DNA of 64,000 nucleotides from Oscillatoria acuminata PCC 6304 (lineage in GTDB: Bacteria > Cyanobacteriota > Cyanobacteriia > Cyanobacteriales > Laspinemataceae): contig NC_019693.1 in NCBI RefSeq assembly GCF_000317105.1, positions 3,903,227 to 3,967,226 of the forward strand, written 5' to 3'. A program made the position numbers and the translations under genes. Positions 9,980-20,870 of the stretch are shown one piece after another (the first letter of the stretch is position 1; every line of letters begins with the position of its first letter). The notes under the pieces are model-generated. The model did no database searches. It had not been told where the DNA came from and worked only from the letters and a program-made list of their open reading frames with translations.

Positions 9980-11221
9980 CTAGAGTTTCAGATTTTCGGT
10001 AATCCGTTGCATCGCTTCCTCCACATTTTCTCGGCTATTAAAGGCAGAAATGCGGAAGTATCCTTCTCCAGCAGCGCCAAAACCAGAACCGGGAGTTCCA
10101 ACTACATTCACCACTTGCAGCAATTTATCAAAGAAATCCCAACTCGATAATCCATTGGGGGTTTTTACCCAAACGTAAGGTGCATTCACGCCCCCATAAA
10201 CAGACAATCCGGCAGCGGTTAGTTTCTCTCGGATAATTGTGGCATTTTCTAAATAGAAACTCACCAATTCTTTGACTTGTGCTTGTCCTTCTTCGGAGTA
10301 CACCGCTTCTGCACCGCGTTGGACGATGTAGGAGACGCCATTAAATTTGGTGGATTGGCGGCGATTCCAGAGTTTCCAAACTTCGACATCGGACCCATCA
10401 GAGGCTTTTGCCATTAAGGTTTTAGGAACTACTGTTAAGGCGCAACGAGTGCCGGTAAATCCCGCATTTTTGGAGAAGGAACGAAACTCGATCGCACAAT
10501 CTTTTGCTCCTTCTATTTCATAGATGGAGTGCGGCAAATTGGGGTCAGTGATGAAGGCTTCGTATGCCGCATCAAAGAATATAATTGAACCATTGGCTTT
10601 GGCATAATCCACCCACTTTTTTAGGTAGTCTTTGGTGGCAGTTGCACCCGTGGGATTATTGGGGAAACAGAGGTAAATTAAATCAACTTTCTCTGTGGGA
10701 AGTTCGGCGGTGAAATTATTTTCCGCATTAATGGGAAGATAGACTAATCCCTCATATTCTCCTTGTTCATTGGTGGGTCCGGTATGTCCTGCCATGACGT
10801 TTGTATCGACATACACGGGATAAACCGGGTCAGTAACGGCGATTTTGTTGTTGTTGCCGAAAATGTCGAGAATGTTGCCGGTATCGCACTTAGAACCATC
10901 GGAAATGAAGATTTCTGAGGCATCGATCGCGCATCCTCGGGATTGGAAGTCGTAGGTGGCAATTTTTTCGCGCAACCAGGCATACCCTTGTTCGGGTCCG
11001 TACCCTTTAAATAGGCTGCGATCGCCCATGTCTTCCACCGCTTTTACCATCGCTTTGCGGCAAGATTCGGGGAGGGGTTCTGTCACGTCACCAATCCCCA
11101 GTTTGATGATTTTGGCGTCCGGATTCGCCTCAGCAAAGGCATTCACCCGACGAGCAATTTCGGGAAACAGGTAACCCGCTTTGAGTTTGAGGTAGTTGTC
11201 GTTAATCGTTGCCATCGTCAA
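9980..11221 (-). CDS. dapL: LL-diaminopimelate aminotransferase
   Basis: 413 aa. The N-terminus [24 protein letters not shown]... and overall length match cyanobacterial/plant DapL (class I aminotransferase). Confidence 0.88.
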   Translation of the reverse strand: MTMATINDNYLKLKAGYLFPEIARRVNAFAEANPDAKIIKLGIGDVTEPLPESCRKAMVKAVEDMGDRSLFKGYGPEQGYAWLREKIATYDFQSRGCAIDASEIFISDGSKCDTGNILDIFGNNNKIAVTDPVYPVYVDTNVMAGHTGPTNEQGEYEGLVYLPINAENNFTAELPTEKVDLIYLCFPNNPTGATATKDYLKKWVDYAKANGSIIFFDAAYEAFITDPNLPHSIYEIEGAKDCAIEFRSFSKNAGFTGTRCALTVVPKTLMAKASDGSDVEVWKLWNRRQSTKFNGVSYIVQRGAEAVYSEEGQAQVKELVSFYLENATIIREKLTAAGLSVYGGVNAPYVWVKTPNGLSSWDFFDKLLQVVNVVGTPGSGFGAAGEGYFRISAFNSRENVEEAMQRITENLKL

Positions 11222-11346
11222 TCGTTAAAAACATCGTATTACAGTTTACTGCCAATGGTGGCATCCCGGATAGAGGTTGGCGTTGCTATTCTGGTTATGA
11301 GCAATTTCAAGTCTGCGGATACCCTAGTCAACCCAATTCTTGATTT

Positions 11347-12186
11347 TTAGGGGACGATGGGTTTGCGTCCGATCATATAATATATTGTCAGATCGTTCCA
11401 GATCCCTTGCTGGGTAACTAAGGTTTCTAATTCCGCCAAATATAGGGCTTTGGCGGCGTTTAATTGGTCGGAATTCAGGTGTTGGACAAAATTCATCTGA
11501 CTCAGAGGATTGTTTAAAATCATCTCCCACAAGTTTTCAGCCGACTCTAAGCTAAAATAGTCTCCAAATTGCTCCTCGGTGACTTGAATTTGTTCAAAAC
11601 CAGCGGTTTGCAGGAGGTTTCTACATTTTTCTGGTGTTCCGGTGACTTCGGACCAAATGGGCAATTCTAATCCATAGTTTTTGGCAATTTTTATTAAAAT
11701 ATTGCTGACAATCGAAGCGGTTTCAGCAATTCCAGTTAGGGCAATGATGCCACCGGGTTTTAGAAAATTATGCCACCGGCGTAAGTTGGTGGGAATGTTG
11801 GGAATATAAGGAATGCCACAACAGCAAAAAATCCGGTCAAAGCGGTTGGTGGGAAATTCAATGGTTTCGATATCTCCTTGTTTGAGTTCGATATTGGTTA
11901 ACCGGGCAGCAGCAATTTTGGAGTGCGATCTCCTTAACATTCCTTCAGACAAATCGACTCCCACTACTGACCCGCTATTTCCTACAATTTGGGCCGCTTC
12001 AATGGCGACTAAACCTGTTCCCGTGGCGATGTCTAAAATATGCTGTCCTGGTTGAATGTCGGCGTATTGGATGAGATGATGGGCTACAATGGGATGAAAA
12101 TCGCCTTCTTGGTCATAGTTGGTTCGGCGATTAAAGTAATCCGCAATTTGTTGTTTATAGTCATTATGATTCCCAGGATTATTCAT
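11347..12186 (-). CDS. Class I SAM-dependent methyltransferase
   Basis: 279 aa. Motif I is ILDIATGTGLVAIEAA. An alternative shorter ORF at 11324-11530 is a shadow. Confidence 0.6.
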   Translation of the reverse strand: MNNPGNHNDYKQQIADYFNRRTNYDQEGDFHPIVAHHLIQYADIQPGQHILDIATGTGLVAIEAAQIVGNSGSVVGVDLSEGMLRRSHSKIAAARLTNIELKQGDIETIEFPTNRFDRIFCCCGIPYIPNIPTNLRRWHNFLKPGGIIALTGIAETASIVSNILIKIAKNYGLELPIWSEVTGTPEKCRNLLQTAGFEQIQVTEEQFGDYFSLESAENLWEMILNNPLSQMNFVQHLNSDQLNAAKALYLAELETLVTQQGIWNDLTIYYMIGRKPIVP

Positions 12187-12294
12187 TGGTTTTGTCGGGT
12201 TTTTATGCTATTTACAGGCTTTTTCGTCGATGATTGCCGGAGGACAAGACATTGCCTTGTCTCTCCGGGATGAGGATTAAATCAGAGTTGTGCT

Positions 12295-13140
12295 TTAGGC
12301 AACGCCGTACTGTTCAAACCAAGTGAGAAGGCGATTCCAGGCGTCTGCTGCTGCTTCTGGGCGGTAGGTGGGGCGGTAGTCGGCATAGAATCCGTGGGGG
12401 GTGTCGGGATAGAGGATGATTTCGGAGTTGCTGTTACCGGAGGCGAGGCGATCGCGCATTTGTTCGACAGTATCATTGGGAATGTATTCATCGTCACCGC
12501 CGTATAATCCGAGGATGGGGACGGTTAATTCCTCGGCGATATCGATGGGATATTGGGGGGTCAGGGGGGTAGATTCACCGACTAATTGTCCATACCAGGC
12601 GACTCCTGCGGTGACTTGGGGGTTATGGGCGCTATACAACCACACAATTCGTCCTCCCCAGCAAAATCCGGTGATACCTAGCTTTTCGGGGTTGCCGTTA
12701 CTGCTAGTTTGCGCCCAAGCAACGGTAGCATCGAGGTCCGACATCACTTGTTCATCGGGGACTTGAGAGACGACTTCGGAGATGATTTTCTGGATGTCTT
12801 CCATTTGGGAGACATCTCCCTGTCGGGCAAACATTTCTGGGGCGATCGCCAGATAACCCTGTTTGGCAAATCTTCGGCAGACATCCTGGATATGTTCATG
12901 AACCCCGAAAATTTCCTGGATGACTAGCACAATCGGGAAGTTTTGTCCTGTGGCAGGCATGGCGCGATAGGCGGGAATTTCTCCATCGGCAACGTCTATG
13001 GCAACTTCACCGGCGACTAATCCTTCGCTGTCGGTGGTGATGACTTGTTGGGCGAAAATTGGATGGGCGGCAAGGGCAAATCCAGCGGCGATCGCACTCA
13101 CTTTGATGAATTGTCGGCGGGTTAAAGGTTTCATCGGCAA
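12295..13140 (-). CDS. Dienelactone hydrolase-family protein with Tat signal peptide
   Basis: 281 aa. Twin-arginine motif TRRQFIK in [28 protein letters not shown]-like core (..[10 protein letters not shown]..). Confidence 0.6.
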   Translation of the reverse strand: MPMKPLTRRQFIKVSAIAAGFALAAHPIFAQQVITTDSEGLVAGEVAIDVADGEIPAYRAMPATGQNFPIVLVIQEIFGVHEHIQDVCRRFAKQGYLAIAPEMFARQGDVSQMEDIQKIISEVVSQVPDEQVMSDLDATVAWAQTSSNGNPEKLGITGFCWGGRIVWLYSAHNPQVTAGVAWYGQLVGESTPLTPQYPIDIAEELTVPILGLYGGDDEYIPNDTVEQMRDRLASGNSNSEIILYPDTPHGFYADYRPTYRPEAAADAWNRLLTWFEQYGVA

Positions 13141-13233
13141 TGGATCCTATGGTTCAAATAAATGAGTCGGTCTAATTTTAATCTAAACCGAGAATTTATG
13201 TATTATTATCCCTATCCGGGAATGTTTAGCAAC

Positions 13234-14022
13234 CTAAAACCACAACAACCCTAAAAACAACATCCCAATTGCCACAATTCCTGCCACCAAGGTTGCGGTT
13301 TCATTGAGCTTTTTTCCCGACTGAAACGGTTCTTCAGAAGAATTGAGGGCATCTTGTCTCTCCCGAACAGGCGTCCAATCTTCCTCTTCCAAACTTTTGG
13401 ATAAACCCCGCCAGACTCTCGCTTGAATTAAACTATCTTTGCTTTTAATTCCGGTGACGACAACTAGGGGACCTTCTCTTTGGGGTAACCCATAGTATTC
13501 GAGTTGGGTGGCGAGGGTTTCTTTGGTGCGATCGCAATTTTTGGCGAGTTTATCCGTGGAATGTTCTTCTCGTTCTCGGTCCGATTTTTGGGGTTGACTG
13601 CTGAGGGTTGCACTCGATGATAATCCCTTTAACAGTTCCCAGTTGACGGTAAATCCATCTGGTCCTCCTAGGGGAATTGCCTGGTCAATTTCTGCATCTA
13701 ATCCATCTTGTTTTTCTTCTAAAAAGGTGCGTAAGGCGCGGATGGCGAGGGCCCGTAACTGTTGTTCATTCGCGGCGGAATCTTCGGCAACCCAGGCGAT
13801 GGAATTGCGAATGGCGCGATCGCGAAAATCGGTCCGTCCCCTCGCCTCTAACCCCGTAATCAGCAATAGCAACCTTCCACTATATCGCCCCAAAACCAGA
13901 GAGGGGGATTCGGTTTGAATGCAGTCAGCAACCCGATTTAAGGTAAGAATTGACGGGGTTTCGGGCAGCCAACAGTAGCCCTCCTCCTGAGAAAATCCCC
14001 GACTTTTTACATAAATTTCCAT
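13234..14022 (-). CDS. Hypothetical protein with C-terminal transmembrane anchor
   Basis: 262-aa ORF. Only the last about 25 aa are hydrophobic (TATLVAGIVAIGMLFLGLLWF). No recognisable domain. Confidence 0.35.
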   Translation of the reverse strand: MEIYVKSRGFSQEEGYCWLPETPSILTLNRVADCIQTESPSLVLGRYSGRLLLLITGLEARGRTDFRDRAIRNSIAWVAEDSAANEQQLRALAIRALRTFLEEKQDGLDAEIDQAIPLGGPDGFTVNWELLKGLSSSATLSSQPQKSDREREEHSTDKLAKNCDRTKETLATQLEYYGLPQREGPLVVVTGIKSKDSLIQARVWRGLSKSLEEEDWTPVRERQDALNSSEEPFQSGKKLNETATLVAGIVAIGMLFLGLLWF

Positions 14023-14380
14023 GACATCCTCCTATCTGGACAGTGAAAAGTTTTGTATAACCCCGAGTTAGTCACTCATGGGGGCCTCAAAAAAAATCGA
14101 CCGGCATAAAACCAGTCCATAAGTCATCCGGGTAAGTATTCTACGCTTAACCCCTGTTACTATTATGCACCCAAAAGAGAGACTTTAGCTTCTTTCTCCA
14201 AAGTTTACAGCCCACATTCAGCTTTTTAATCTAATAGGCTTTAGCTGAAGGAGATTTTACGAATCCTGACTCTATTTTAGCCGAAAGTCCCCCCAGCTTG
14301 CTTTGGAAAAAGTTGCTTGACGTCAAAGAATCATTCGGGAATGATACCCAATCCGGTTGTCAAAAGTCGATTTTCTCTTG

Positions 14381-14438
14381 AGCCCGCGCAGGCGGGCTTC
14401 GTCTGTGTAGCCTCCGGGCTACAGCCTGCGGGTTTTTA
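14381..14438 (+). terminator. Candidate Rho-independent terminator / end of a small transcript
   Basis: Nested GC hairpins (AGCCCGCGCAGGCGGGCT; GTAGCCTCCGGGCTAC; CCCGCGCAGGC...GCCTGCGGG) are followed by TTTTT. No plus-strand CDS lies upstream. Confidence 0.3.
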
Positions 14439-14674
14439 CAGACATATCACTTTTCACGGTCCAGATTATAATTAGGGTATTTTCAATCAATAATCGATAT
14501 AACAAATGAATTCTATCCGGTGGATTTCACGGTTAAATTAAATAGACATTTTTGGGGGAGTGGGAGAATTTTACTCCCACTCCTTCATCCTATGGTCAGC
14601 AGGATTGAGACGGGCTTATATCAGAACATCCATTAAGGGGTGAATGGGGCTGATACACCCGAACAATCTAGGAA

Positions 14675-15442
14675 TTAACTGGCTTGAGAAGCCGTTTCAA
14701 AGCGGCGGTTAACTTCTTCCCAATTGACGACATTCCACCAATTGTTTAAATATTCCCCGCGCTGATTTTGGTAGTTCAAGTAATAGGCGTGTTCCCAGAC
14801 ATCATTGCCCATGATAGGATATTGTCCATCTATCAGAGGACTATCTTGATTGGGGGTACTGGTAATTTCTAGTTGTCCTTGAGCATTGCGAACTAACCAC
14901 ACCCAACCACTGCCAAATTGACTGCTTCCTGCTTGATTAAATTGTTCTTTGAAGGTCTCAAAACTGCCAAAGTTTTCGGTAATGGCTTGGGCGATCGCCC
15001 CGGTGGGTTCTCCTCCGCCATTCGGACTCATAATTGCCCAAAACATGGAATGATTGACGTGACCTCCGCCATTATTTCTAATGGTTGTGCGGATATCTTC
15101 TGGCACCTGGTTTAAATTGCGGATTAAAGATTCAACGCTTTGATTGCGGAGATTCGCGTTATTTTCTAATGCCTCGTTCAAATTACTAACGTAACTGGCA
15201 TGATGCTTATCATGATGTAACTCCATCGTCCGCGCATCAATATGAGGTTCTAGGGCATTATAGGGATAAGGCAATGGGGGTAATTCAGCCGGTGAAGCAC
15301 TCAATTCATTTCCGGTAGGAGTGGTCGTTGTTGGGGTTTGAGAGAGGTTAGTTTGACCCATTCCCTGACAAGCAATCAGGAGGAATAATGCCATAAATCC
15401 GGCTAATATTGAACCAAAACGCCATTTTTTCTGATTTCTCAT
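14675..15442 (-). CDS. sodA: Fe/Mn superoxide dismutase with N-terminal lipoprotein-type membrane anchor (cyanobacterial MnSOD type)
   Basis: 255 aa. Motifs [10 protein letters not shown] and [10 protein letters not shown]-terminus has signal plus lipobox LLIAC. Confidence 0.8.
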   Translation of the reverse strand: MRNQKKWRFGSILAGFMALFLLIACQGMGQTNLSQTPTTTTPTGNELSASPAELPPLPYPYNALEPHIDARTMELHHDKHHASYVSNLNEALENNANLRNQSVESLIRNLNQVPEDIRTTIRNNGGGHVNHSMFWAIMSPNGGGEPTGAIAQAITENFGSFETFKEQFNQAGSSQFGSGWVWLVRNAQGQLEITSTPNQDSPLIDGQYPIMGNDVWEHAYYLNYQNQRGEYLNNWWNVVNWEEVNRRFETASQAS

Positions 15443-15479
15443 GCTATTAAAATCTCCAATTGATTAATCTGATTAAACT

Positions 15480-16715
15480 TTAGCGAGTGACGCGAAGAAT
15501 TTTATCACCATCCGGGGGACAACCGCCACGACCATCACAATTGCTGGTGGTGATATAAAGCTCACCATCGGGTCCAACGATCGCCTCTCGAAGTCGTCCA
15601 TACTCCCCTTGCAAATACACTTCATGCTGTTGCACTTGTTGGGGAGATTGCGGGTCAAAAACCACTCGCTGCAAATGTTCCGATCGCAGAGTAGCGATGA
15701 TTAAATTCCCTTGCCATTCCGGAATCGCCGTTCCGGTATAAATCGCCGCACCTCCCGGGGGTAAGGCATCTCGCCAGACAATCGAAGGGGTGACTAATCC
15801 CTCCCCCGATTCACAGCGATAAATCGTCGGCCACCCGAGATTATCCCCCGCTTGGGCCACACTCACTTTATCATGGCCTCGTCTGCCTAATTCCCCACTC
15901 GGTCCATGATCCGTAACTTGTAAGGTTGTCTCATTCACCCAATCAAACCCTTGAGTATTGCGAATACCCAGAATATAGACCGGATTACCCGGAAATGGAT
16001 TATCTGAGGGGACATCGCCCTCGGGGGTGACCCGGAGAATTTTACCGGCGAGACTGCTGACATCTTGGGATAAGTCCGGTTCGCGGGCATCTCCGGTGCC
16101 AATATACAGCATCCCATCGGGTCCAAACCGAATCCGTCCACCATTGTGGAATTGTGCGACGGGAATATCATCCAAAATCATGCGATCGCGAGTCGCACTT
16201 AATCCATCTGGGGCAAGTTGCCATCGTTCCACTCGGTTAACGGATGAGCCATTCGTATCCGCAGTATAATAAATATAGAAGAATCGATTACTGGCAAAAT
16301 CCGGATGCATGGCAATTCCCAGCAGTCCCCCTTCACCCCTGGCCGTAACCGTAATATTGGCAACCGCCTCGGGCCGCAGTTGACCGTTTTGGACCAATCG
16401 CACCTGTCCGGGTCGTTCGGTTACTAGCATATCCCCATTGGGCAGAAACCCAATTCCCCAGGGAACATCCAGTCCATTCACGACTTCTTCTACCCGAACA
16501 TTGACTTGCCCTTGGGGACCAAAACTATTTTCTACCAAGATGCAAGCGGCCTCACCACCAGGGGTAGGAACCCCTTGGGCCTGTTCCTGGGGCCGGTTCC
16601 CCTGTCCGGTGGTGTTATTTTCCAGCAATGCGCCGGTGGGGGCGGTACAACTGACCACCCCGATCAGACTCACGATGGGAATGAAGGTGAGACTATGGGT
16701 TAACTTCATCATCAA
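15480..16715 (-). CDS. PQQ-dependent soluble sugar (aldose/sorbosone) dehydrogenase family lipoprotein
   Basis: 411 aa. Beta-propeller signature LLGIAMHPDFASNRFFYIYYT. Signal peptide with lipobox (VVSC). Confidence 0.6.
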   Translation of the reverse strand: MMMKLTHSLTFIPIVSLIGVVSCTAPTGALLENNTTGQGNRPQEQAQGVPTPGGEAACILVENSFGPQGQVNVRVEEVVNGLDVPWGIGFLPNGDMLVTERPGQVRLVQNGQLRPEAVANITVTARGEGGLLGIAMHPDFASNRFFYIYYTADTNGSSVNRVERWQLAPDGLSATRDRMILDDIPVAQFHNGGRIRFGPDGMLYIGTGDAREPDLSQDVSSLAGKILRVTPEGDVPSDNPFPGNPVYILGIRNTQGFDWVNETTLQVTDHGPSGELGRRGHDKVSVAQAGDNLGWPTIYRCESGEGLVTPSIVWRDALPPGGAAIYTGTAIPEWQGNLIIATLRSEHLQRVVFDPQSPQQVQQHEVYLQGEYGRLREAIVGPDGELYITTSNCDGRGGCPPDGDKILRVTR

Positions 16716-17292
16716 CTCTAAAACCTCAGTGATTGCATTCTACCGATTTAAGCGGGTAGATCGACCCCTTAATGTCAGAGAGTAAACCTCAAGAACTGCC
16801 CGGATTCGGTTATAACGGGTATGACTATTTTTGGCATACAAATTCCACACTATAGTAAGGGCGTGACAACTGACATCTGTCTTGGGGAAGAGTCACCCCG
16901 GATGCTAGACTGAAATAGGTAATGGGAAATCCCAGATGAAGCAATAATGATCAGAACGTCTTGACTCTAGCCGATCGCTATGATTCCCCTTGATTGATCA
17001 GACCAGTCGCCCGGAAAAAATCCTCTACAAACAAATATGAGATAAATCATAGAAATGACTTCTCTTTTTTCAGAGAAGGACTGCCAATCCGCGATTAACC
17101 TGGGGTTTCTGTAATTATAAATAAAAATACCGGACTGACGCTTGCTTTAGAGATGGAACCCGATCTTTTGGGCGATTCGCTTGGATGCCCCGAACAATTA
17201 TAGAGGTAATGCGTAAGTTTTAAAATAGTAGAGTCAGGAGTTGGCAAATTGTGATGAATTGGGGTCATTATTCTGGATCTATTTTTAGCTGA

Positions 17293-17580
17293 GTGAGTGC
17301 CTTGTTGTTCCTGGAAGGAGGTCTAGGGCCGCACTCCCTACAGGTACAAGTTATCCCGGATAATACCCTACCGAATCCTACCAGGGTGCAAATCAATGGC
17401 AATACCTTCACCATTAGGCGATCGCAGCAGAAACGGTCCAAGGGGACCAGGCGAATATTTTTATTGAATCTCGGGATATTCGCTTGCGGAATCAAGGGGG
17501 AATTACCACGAATGCCAGTGGCAGTGGGACGGGAGGGAATATTGCGATCGCCACGGATACCTTCAACGAATTGAATCATA
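17293..17580 (+). pseudogene. Remnant of a filamentous-haemagglutinin-like large exoprotein gene (frameshifted fragment)
   Basis: Frame A reads IPDNTLPNPTRVQINGNTFTI. Frame B reads ANIFIESRDIRLRNQGGITTNASGSGTGGNIAIATDTF. Both resemble cyanobacterial FhaB-type repeat sequence, but neither frame is continuous. No start is present and the stretch is only about 300 bp. Confidence 0.3.
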
Positions 17581-17733
17581 GCAGGTGTTAATATCTGTGA
17601 ATCAGTCTTGCGAGTCAGACCATCCCTGGATATGATAGGAACGAGAGAAAATGGCGATTCCTGTTCGCTGATCGGATGAGGATTAGCTTGCCCGATTTTT
17701 TAACAACCCGTCAATTTCTCTAGACCCATCAAA

Positions 17734-19527
17734 TTGGATTGCTCTATGTCTAAAACTCCTGACTTAACAGACCGCCTTCTTCGCCAAAAATCCGCCCCTG
17801 AATTATTTAGAAAAGGCCAGTCTTATTATGAATTGGGTAATGTAACCGCAGTGACTCAACGAGGCAATTTACTCAATGCCGAAGTCATTGGCAATGCAGT
17901 CCAACCCTATCGGGTTCGGGTCGGATTTGATGAGGGCGGGGTGAATTCGGCGACCTGTTCTTGTGCCTATGATGATGAGGAATGGTGTGAACATATTGTC
18001 GCCACCCTATTTGTAGTAATGCGGCAACCGGAAACCCTTCAAGAACGTCCGACTTTGGAGGAATTGCTTGATCAGCTTAACCAGTTACAAATCCAAGAAT
18101 TAGTGAAAGAGTTGGTCAAACAAAATCCGGAACTCATTGATGAAGTTGACTGTTACATTACGTTAAAAACTGAAATAAGAAGCACAATCCAATCCGTTAA
18201 TAATCAGCGCCCTTCCCCCATCAATCCGGATCCATTTCGGCAGCAGGCGCGGGATATTTTATATGAGGGGATGCGTTATTTTGAAAATTTAGATGGGGAA
18301 GACGACCCGGTAACAGAGGAGTTATTAGATTTAATTGATAATGTTCAAGGGTTAATAGAAATCGGAGAGACTTATAATGCTTTAATTGTGTTAGAAGCTA
18401 TTGCCTCAGCTTGTGCAGCAGATTGGGACCGGGTGGAACAGTATGGGATTGATTCGGATGACATTATCACTGCACTGGATGAGGCGATCGCCGAAGCGAT
18501 TCTCAGCGACTCCCTGAGTTCTAGTGAAGTGAAACAGTGGCGATCGCGACTAGAAATCCTCCAAGATAAGTGGAGTACGGAATTTGCCCTTAGCTTAGAA
18601 TCCCTCGCCCAAGGATGGGATAATCCGGATTTAGTAGCAGCCCTCAACGGAACCCTAGCCGAACCCGAAATTAAGGAAGAGTCGCTTGCCAATTATTCCC
18701 CGGATTTGGTATTAATTCGCCTAAGAATTCTGGATCGGCAAGAGCGATATGAGGAATATTTAAACCTGGCTAAAGTGAAAGGCCAAATGAAACAATATCT
18801 GACCATGTTGGGCAGTTTAGGACGAACTGCCGAAGCAATGGAAGCCGCCGCAACCCAGATGAAAACAATGGAAGAAGCGTTATCCCTGGGTCAAACCTTA
18901 CGCAGTAATGGGGAAGTCAGCAAGGCTCTGAAAGTCGGGGAAATGGGGTTAAAATTACCGGGGAATTGCCAATATGAACTCGCCAGTTGGACCGCTGATT
19001 TAGCCACAGGATTAGGAAAGACTGAGGTAGAACTGGAGGCGAGACAATCAGCCTTTTGCGCTCAACCTACTTCTCCGGATTATTTTAGAATCAAAGAATT
19101 AACTGGAGAAAATTGGTCTAAAATTCAGCCGGATTTATTAAAGGCTCTCAGGCAGCATACGAGTTGGGGTACGATAGAGGTTAAGGTTGATATTTTCCTC
19201 AGTGAAGGCTTAATTGATGAGGCGATCGCCTGCGTAACGGACTTAAGTGATTATCATTCAGCTTTGCTACATCGGGTCATGGAGGCGGCGATTCCTAAAC
19301 GTCCAGACTGGGTGATTGAAAATGCTCAACCCCGTGCAGAATCGATTCTTGATCGCAAAAAATCTGAATCCTATAATCACGCGATCAACTGGTTGAAAAA
19401 AGTCCGGGCCGCTTACATTCAAAAAGAACAGTTGGAGGAGTGGAGAACCTATCGTCAAGAATTGCTAAAAACCCACGCCCGCAAACACAAATTCCGGGGG
19501 ATGCTGGAAGATATGCGCTTGTACTAA
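17734..19527 (+). CDS. SWIM zinc-finger domain protein, function unknown
   Basis: 597 aa. SWIM CxC...CxH signature is CSCAYDDEEWCEHIVATL near the N-terminus. The rest is alpha-helical and acidic. Confidence 0.55.
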   Translation: MDCSMSKTPDLTDRLLRQKSAPELFRKGQSYYELGNVTAVTQRGNLLNAEVIGNAVQPYRVRVGFDEGGVNSATCSCAYDDEEWCEHIVATLFVVMRQPETLQERPTLEELLDQLNQLQIQELVKELVKQNPELIDEVDCYITLKTEIRSTIQSVNNQRPSPINPDPFRQQARDILYEGMRYFENLDGEDDPVTEELLDLIDNVQGLIEIGETYNALIVLEAIASACAADWDRVEQYGIDSDDIITALDEAIAEAILSDSLSSSEVKQWRSRLEILQDKWSTEFALSLESLAQGWDNPDLVAALNGTLAEPEIKEESLANYSPDLVLIRLRILDRQERYEEYLNLAKVKGQMKQYLTMLGSLGRTAEAMEAAATQMKTMEEALSLGQTLRSNGEVSKALKVGEMGLKLPGNCQYELASWTADLATGLGKTEVELEARQSAFCAQPTSPDYFRIKELTGENWSKIQPDLLKALRQHTSWGTIEVKVDIFLSEGLIDEAIACVTDLSDYHSALLHRVMEAAIPKRPDWVIENAQPRAESILDRKKSESYNHAINWLKKVRAAYIQKEQLEEWRTYRQELLKTHARKHKFRGMLEDMRLY

Positions 19528-19686
19528 GCATCATCACGTTTTGCCAGGGGGGGGAAGCATTTCCGGCATTAGGCATCCCCCCGCATTCCCTCACTGTTAA
19601 ATAGGTGAATATACTCTGAGAATTAATTCTCCCAATTGCTCTAATTTATGCCATAATTGTAGCACTAAACCCCTATAGGTGAGCGT

Positions 19687-20181
19687 ATGTTTCCCTCTCA
19701 AAGGTTTACGATTACAACGTATCTCAGTCCCGATGCCGTCCAGAAAAGATTAATGGAAGTGGTGGAACCTCCCCTCACCGGGATCCAGTTTCAGCGGAAA
19801 AGGTCGGACAAACTCTACCGGGGACAAATTGGTGAACACTCTTTTAAGATTGCCAGAATTATCTACTACCGCAATTCATTTTTGCCACAGATCGAAGGTC
19901 GAATAAAGGCCCACGGTAGAGGCAGTCAAATCGACATTGAAATGAAACTGCACACCGTTGTTATCATTTTTATGGGCGTTTGGCTGAGTATAATTGGACA
20001 AGTCGCATTGTTGAGTTTATTCGCCCTCTTTCAAGAGGACTTTGAACCGGCTTTCTTAATGCCTGTGGGAATGGTAATTTTTGGTCTAGCGTTACCCTGG
20101 ATTGGATTCCTTCCGCAAGCTAAGGGGTCTAAACAGTTTTTAATGGAGTTGTTTCAAGCCCAAGAAGAAAATTCCATTTAA
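19687..20181 (+). CDS. Small membrane protein, paralogue 1 (soluble about 85-aa N-domain plus 2 TM)
   Basis: 164 aa. Shares QRFTI.T.L.P..V...LM..VEP......YRG.I....F.I..IIY.R.SF.P...G.I..H..GSQIDI..K with the next ORF. Confidence 0.4.
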   Translation: MFPSQRFTITTYLSPDAVQKRLMEVVEPPLTGIQFQRKRSDKLYRGQIGEHSFKIARIIYYRNSFLPQIEGRIKAHGRGSQIDIEMKLHTVVIIFMGVWLSIIGQVALLSLFALFQEDFEPAFLMPVGMVIFGLALPWIGFLPQAKGSKQFLMELFQAQEENSI

Positions 20182-20220
20182 GAGAGATGGAGGGATAGTT
20201 TCCTGCCTTGCAGCAAAATA

Positions 20221-20733
20221 ATGTCACGGCATATTTTGGAGGGTTGCAAAATGTTGACTTGTCAAAGGTTTACCATTAAAACGGGGCTAAAACCCTACCA
20301 AGTTCGGGAAAAATTAATGGGAATTGTGGAACCTACTTGTCGGATAGGTGAAACAAGTTCCCCTCCACTCTATCGAGGAAAAATAAACAAAGACTCTTTT
20401 CAAATTTCCAAAATTATTTACCATAGACGTTCTGATCGCTATCGAGAATCTTTTCTCCCGGTCCTTGTGGGTCAAATCAGAGAACATGACAGCGGGAGTC
20501 AAATCGATATCCAAGTTAAAATGCCTCCACTGTTTCTCGTTGGTATAGGAATATGGCTAATGACTATGGGAAGAGAAGTTTGGGTTTCTTTGATGATGCT
20601 TCAAAACGGATTTTCTCCGACATTTGCAGGCTTCATTGGTATTTTTTTATTGGGTTTAGCCATCCAAATCATTATTTTTTTGAGCATCGCTCACAACTCC
20701 AAAAAATTTTTAATCAATTTCTTGAAAGACTGA
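20221..20733 (+). CDS. Small membrane protein, paralogue 2 (tandem duplicate of 19687-20181; start possibly at 20251)
   Basis: 170 aa. The conserved N-domain and two hydrophobic helices have the same arrangement as the upstream gene. Confidence 0.4.
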   Translation: MSRHILEGCKMLTCQRFTIKTGLKPYQVREKLMGIVEPTCRIGETSSPPLYRGKINKDSFQISKIIYHRRSDRYRESFLPVLVGQIREHDSGSQIDIQVKMPPLFLVGIGIWLMTMGREVWVSLMMLQNGFSPTFAGFIGIFLLGLAIQIIIFLSIAHNSKKFLINFLKD

Positions 20734-20870
20734 TAAACTCTAAGATTAGAAATTAGGCCAAGTAGAGGCAGGTCACTTGAGATTTAGGCGGATAACCCTG
20801 AAGTTTCTCCCTTCTTAATCAAAAGAATGCGTCAGTCCCGGAAATCAATCTATCTCCATTTTTTCCAAAT

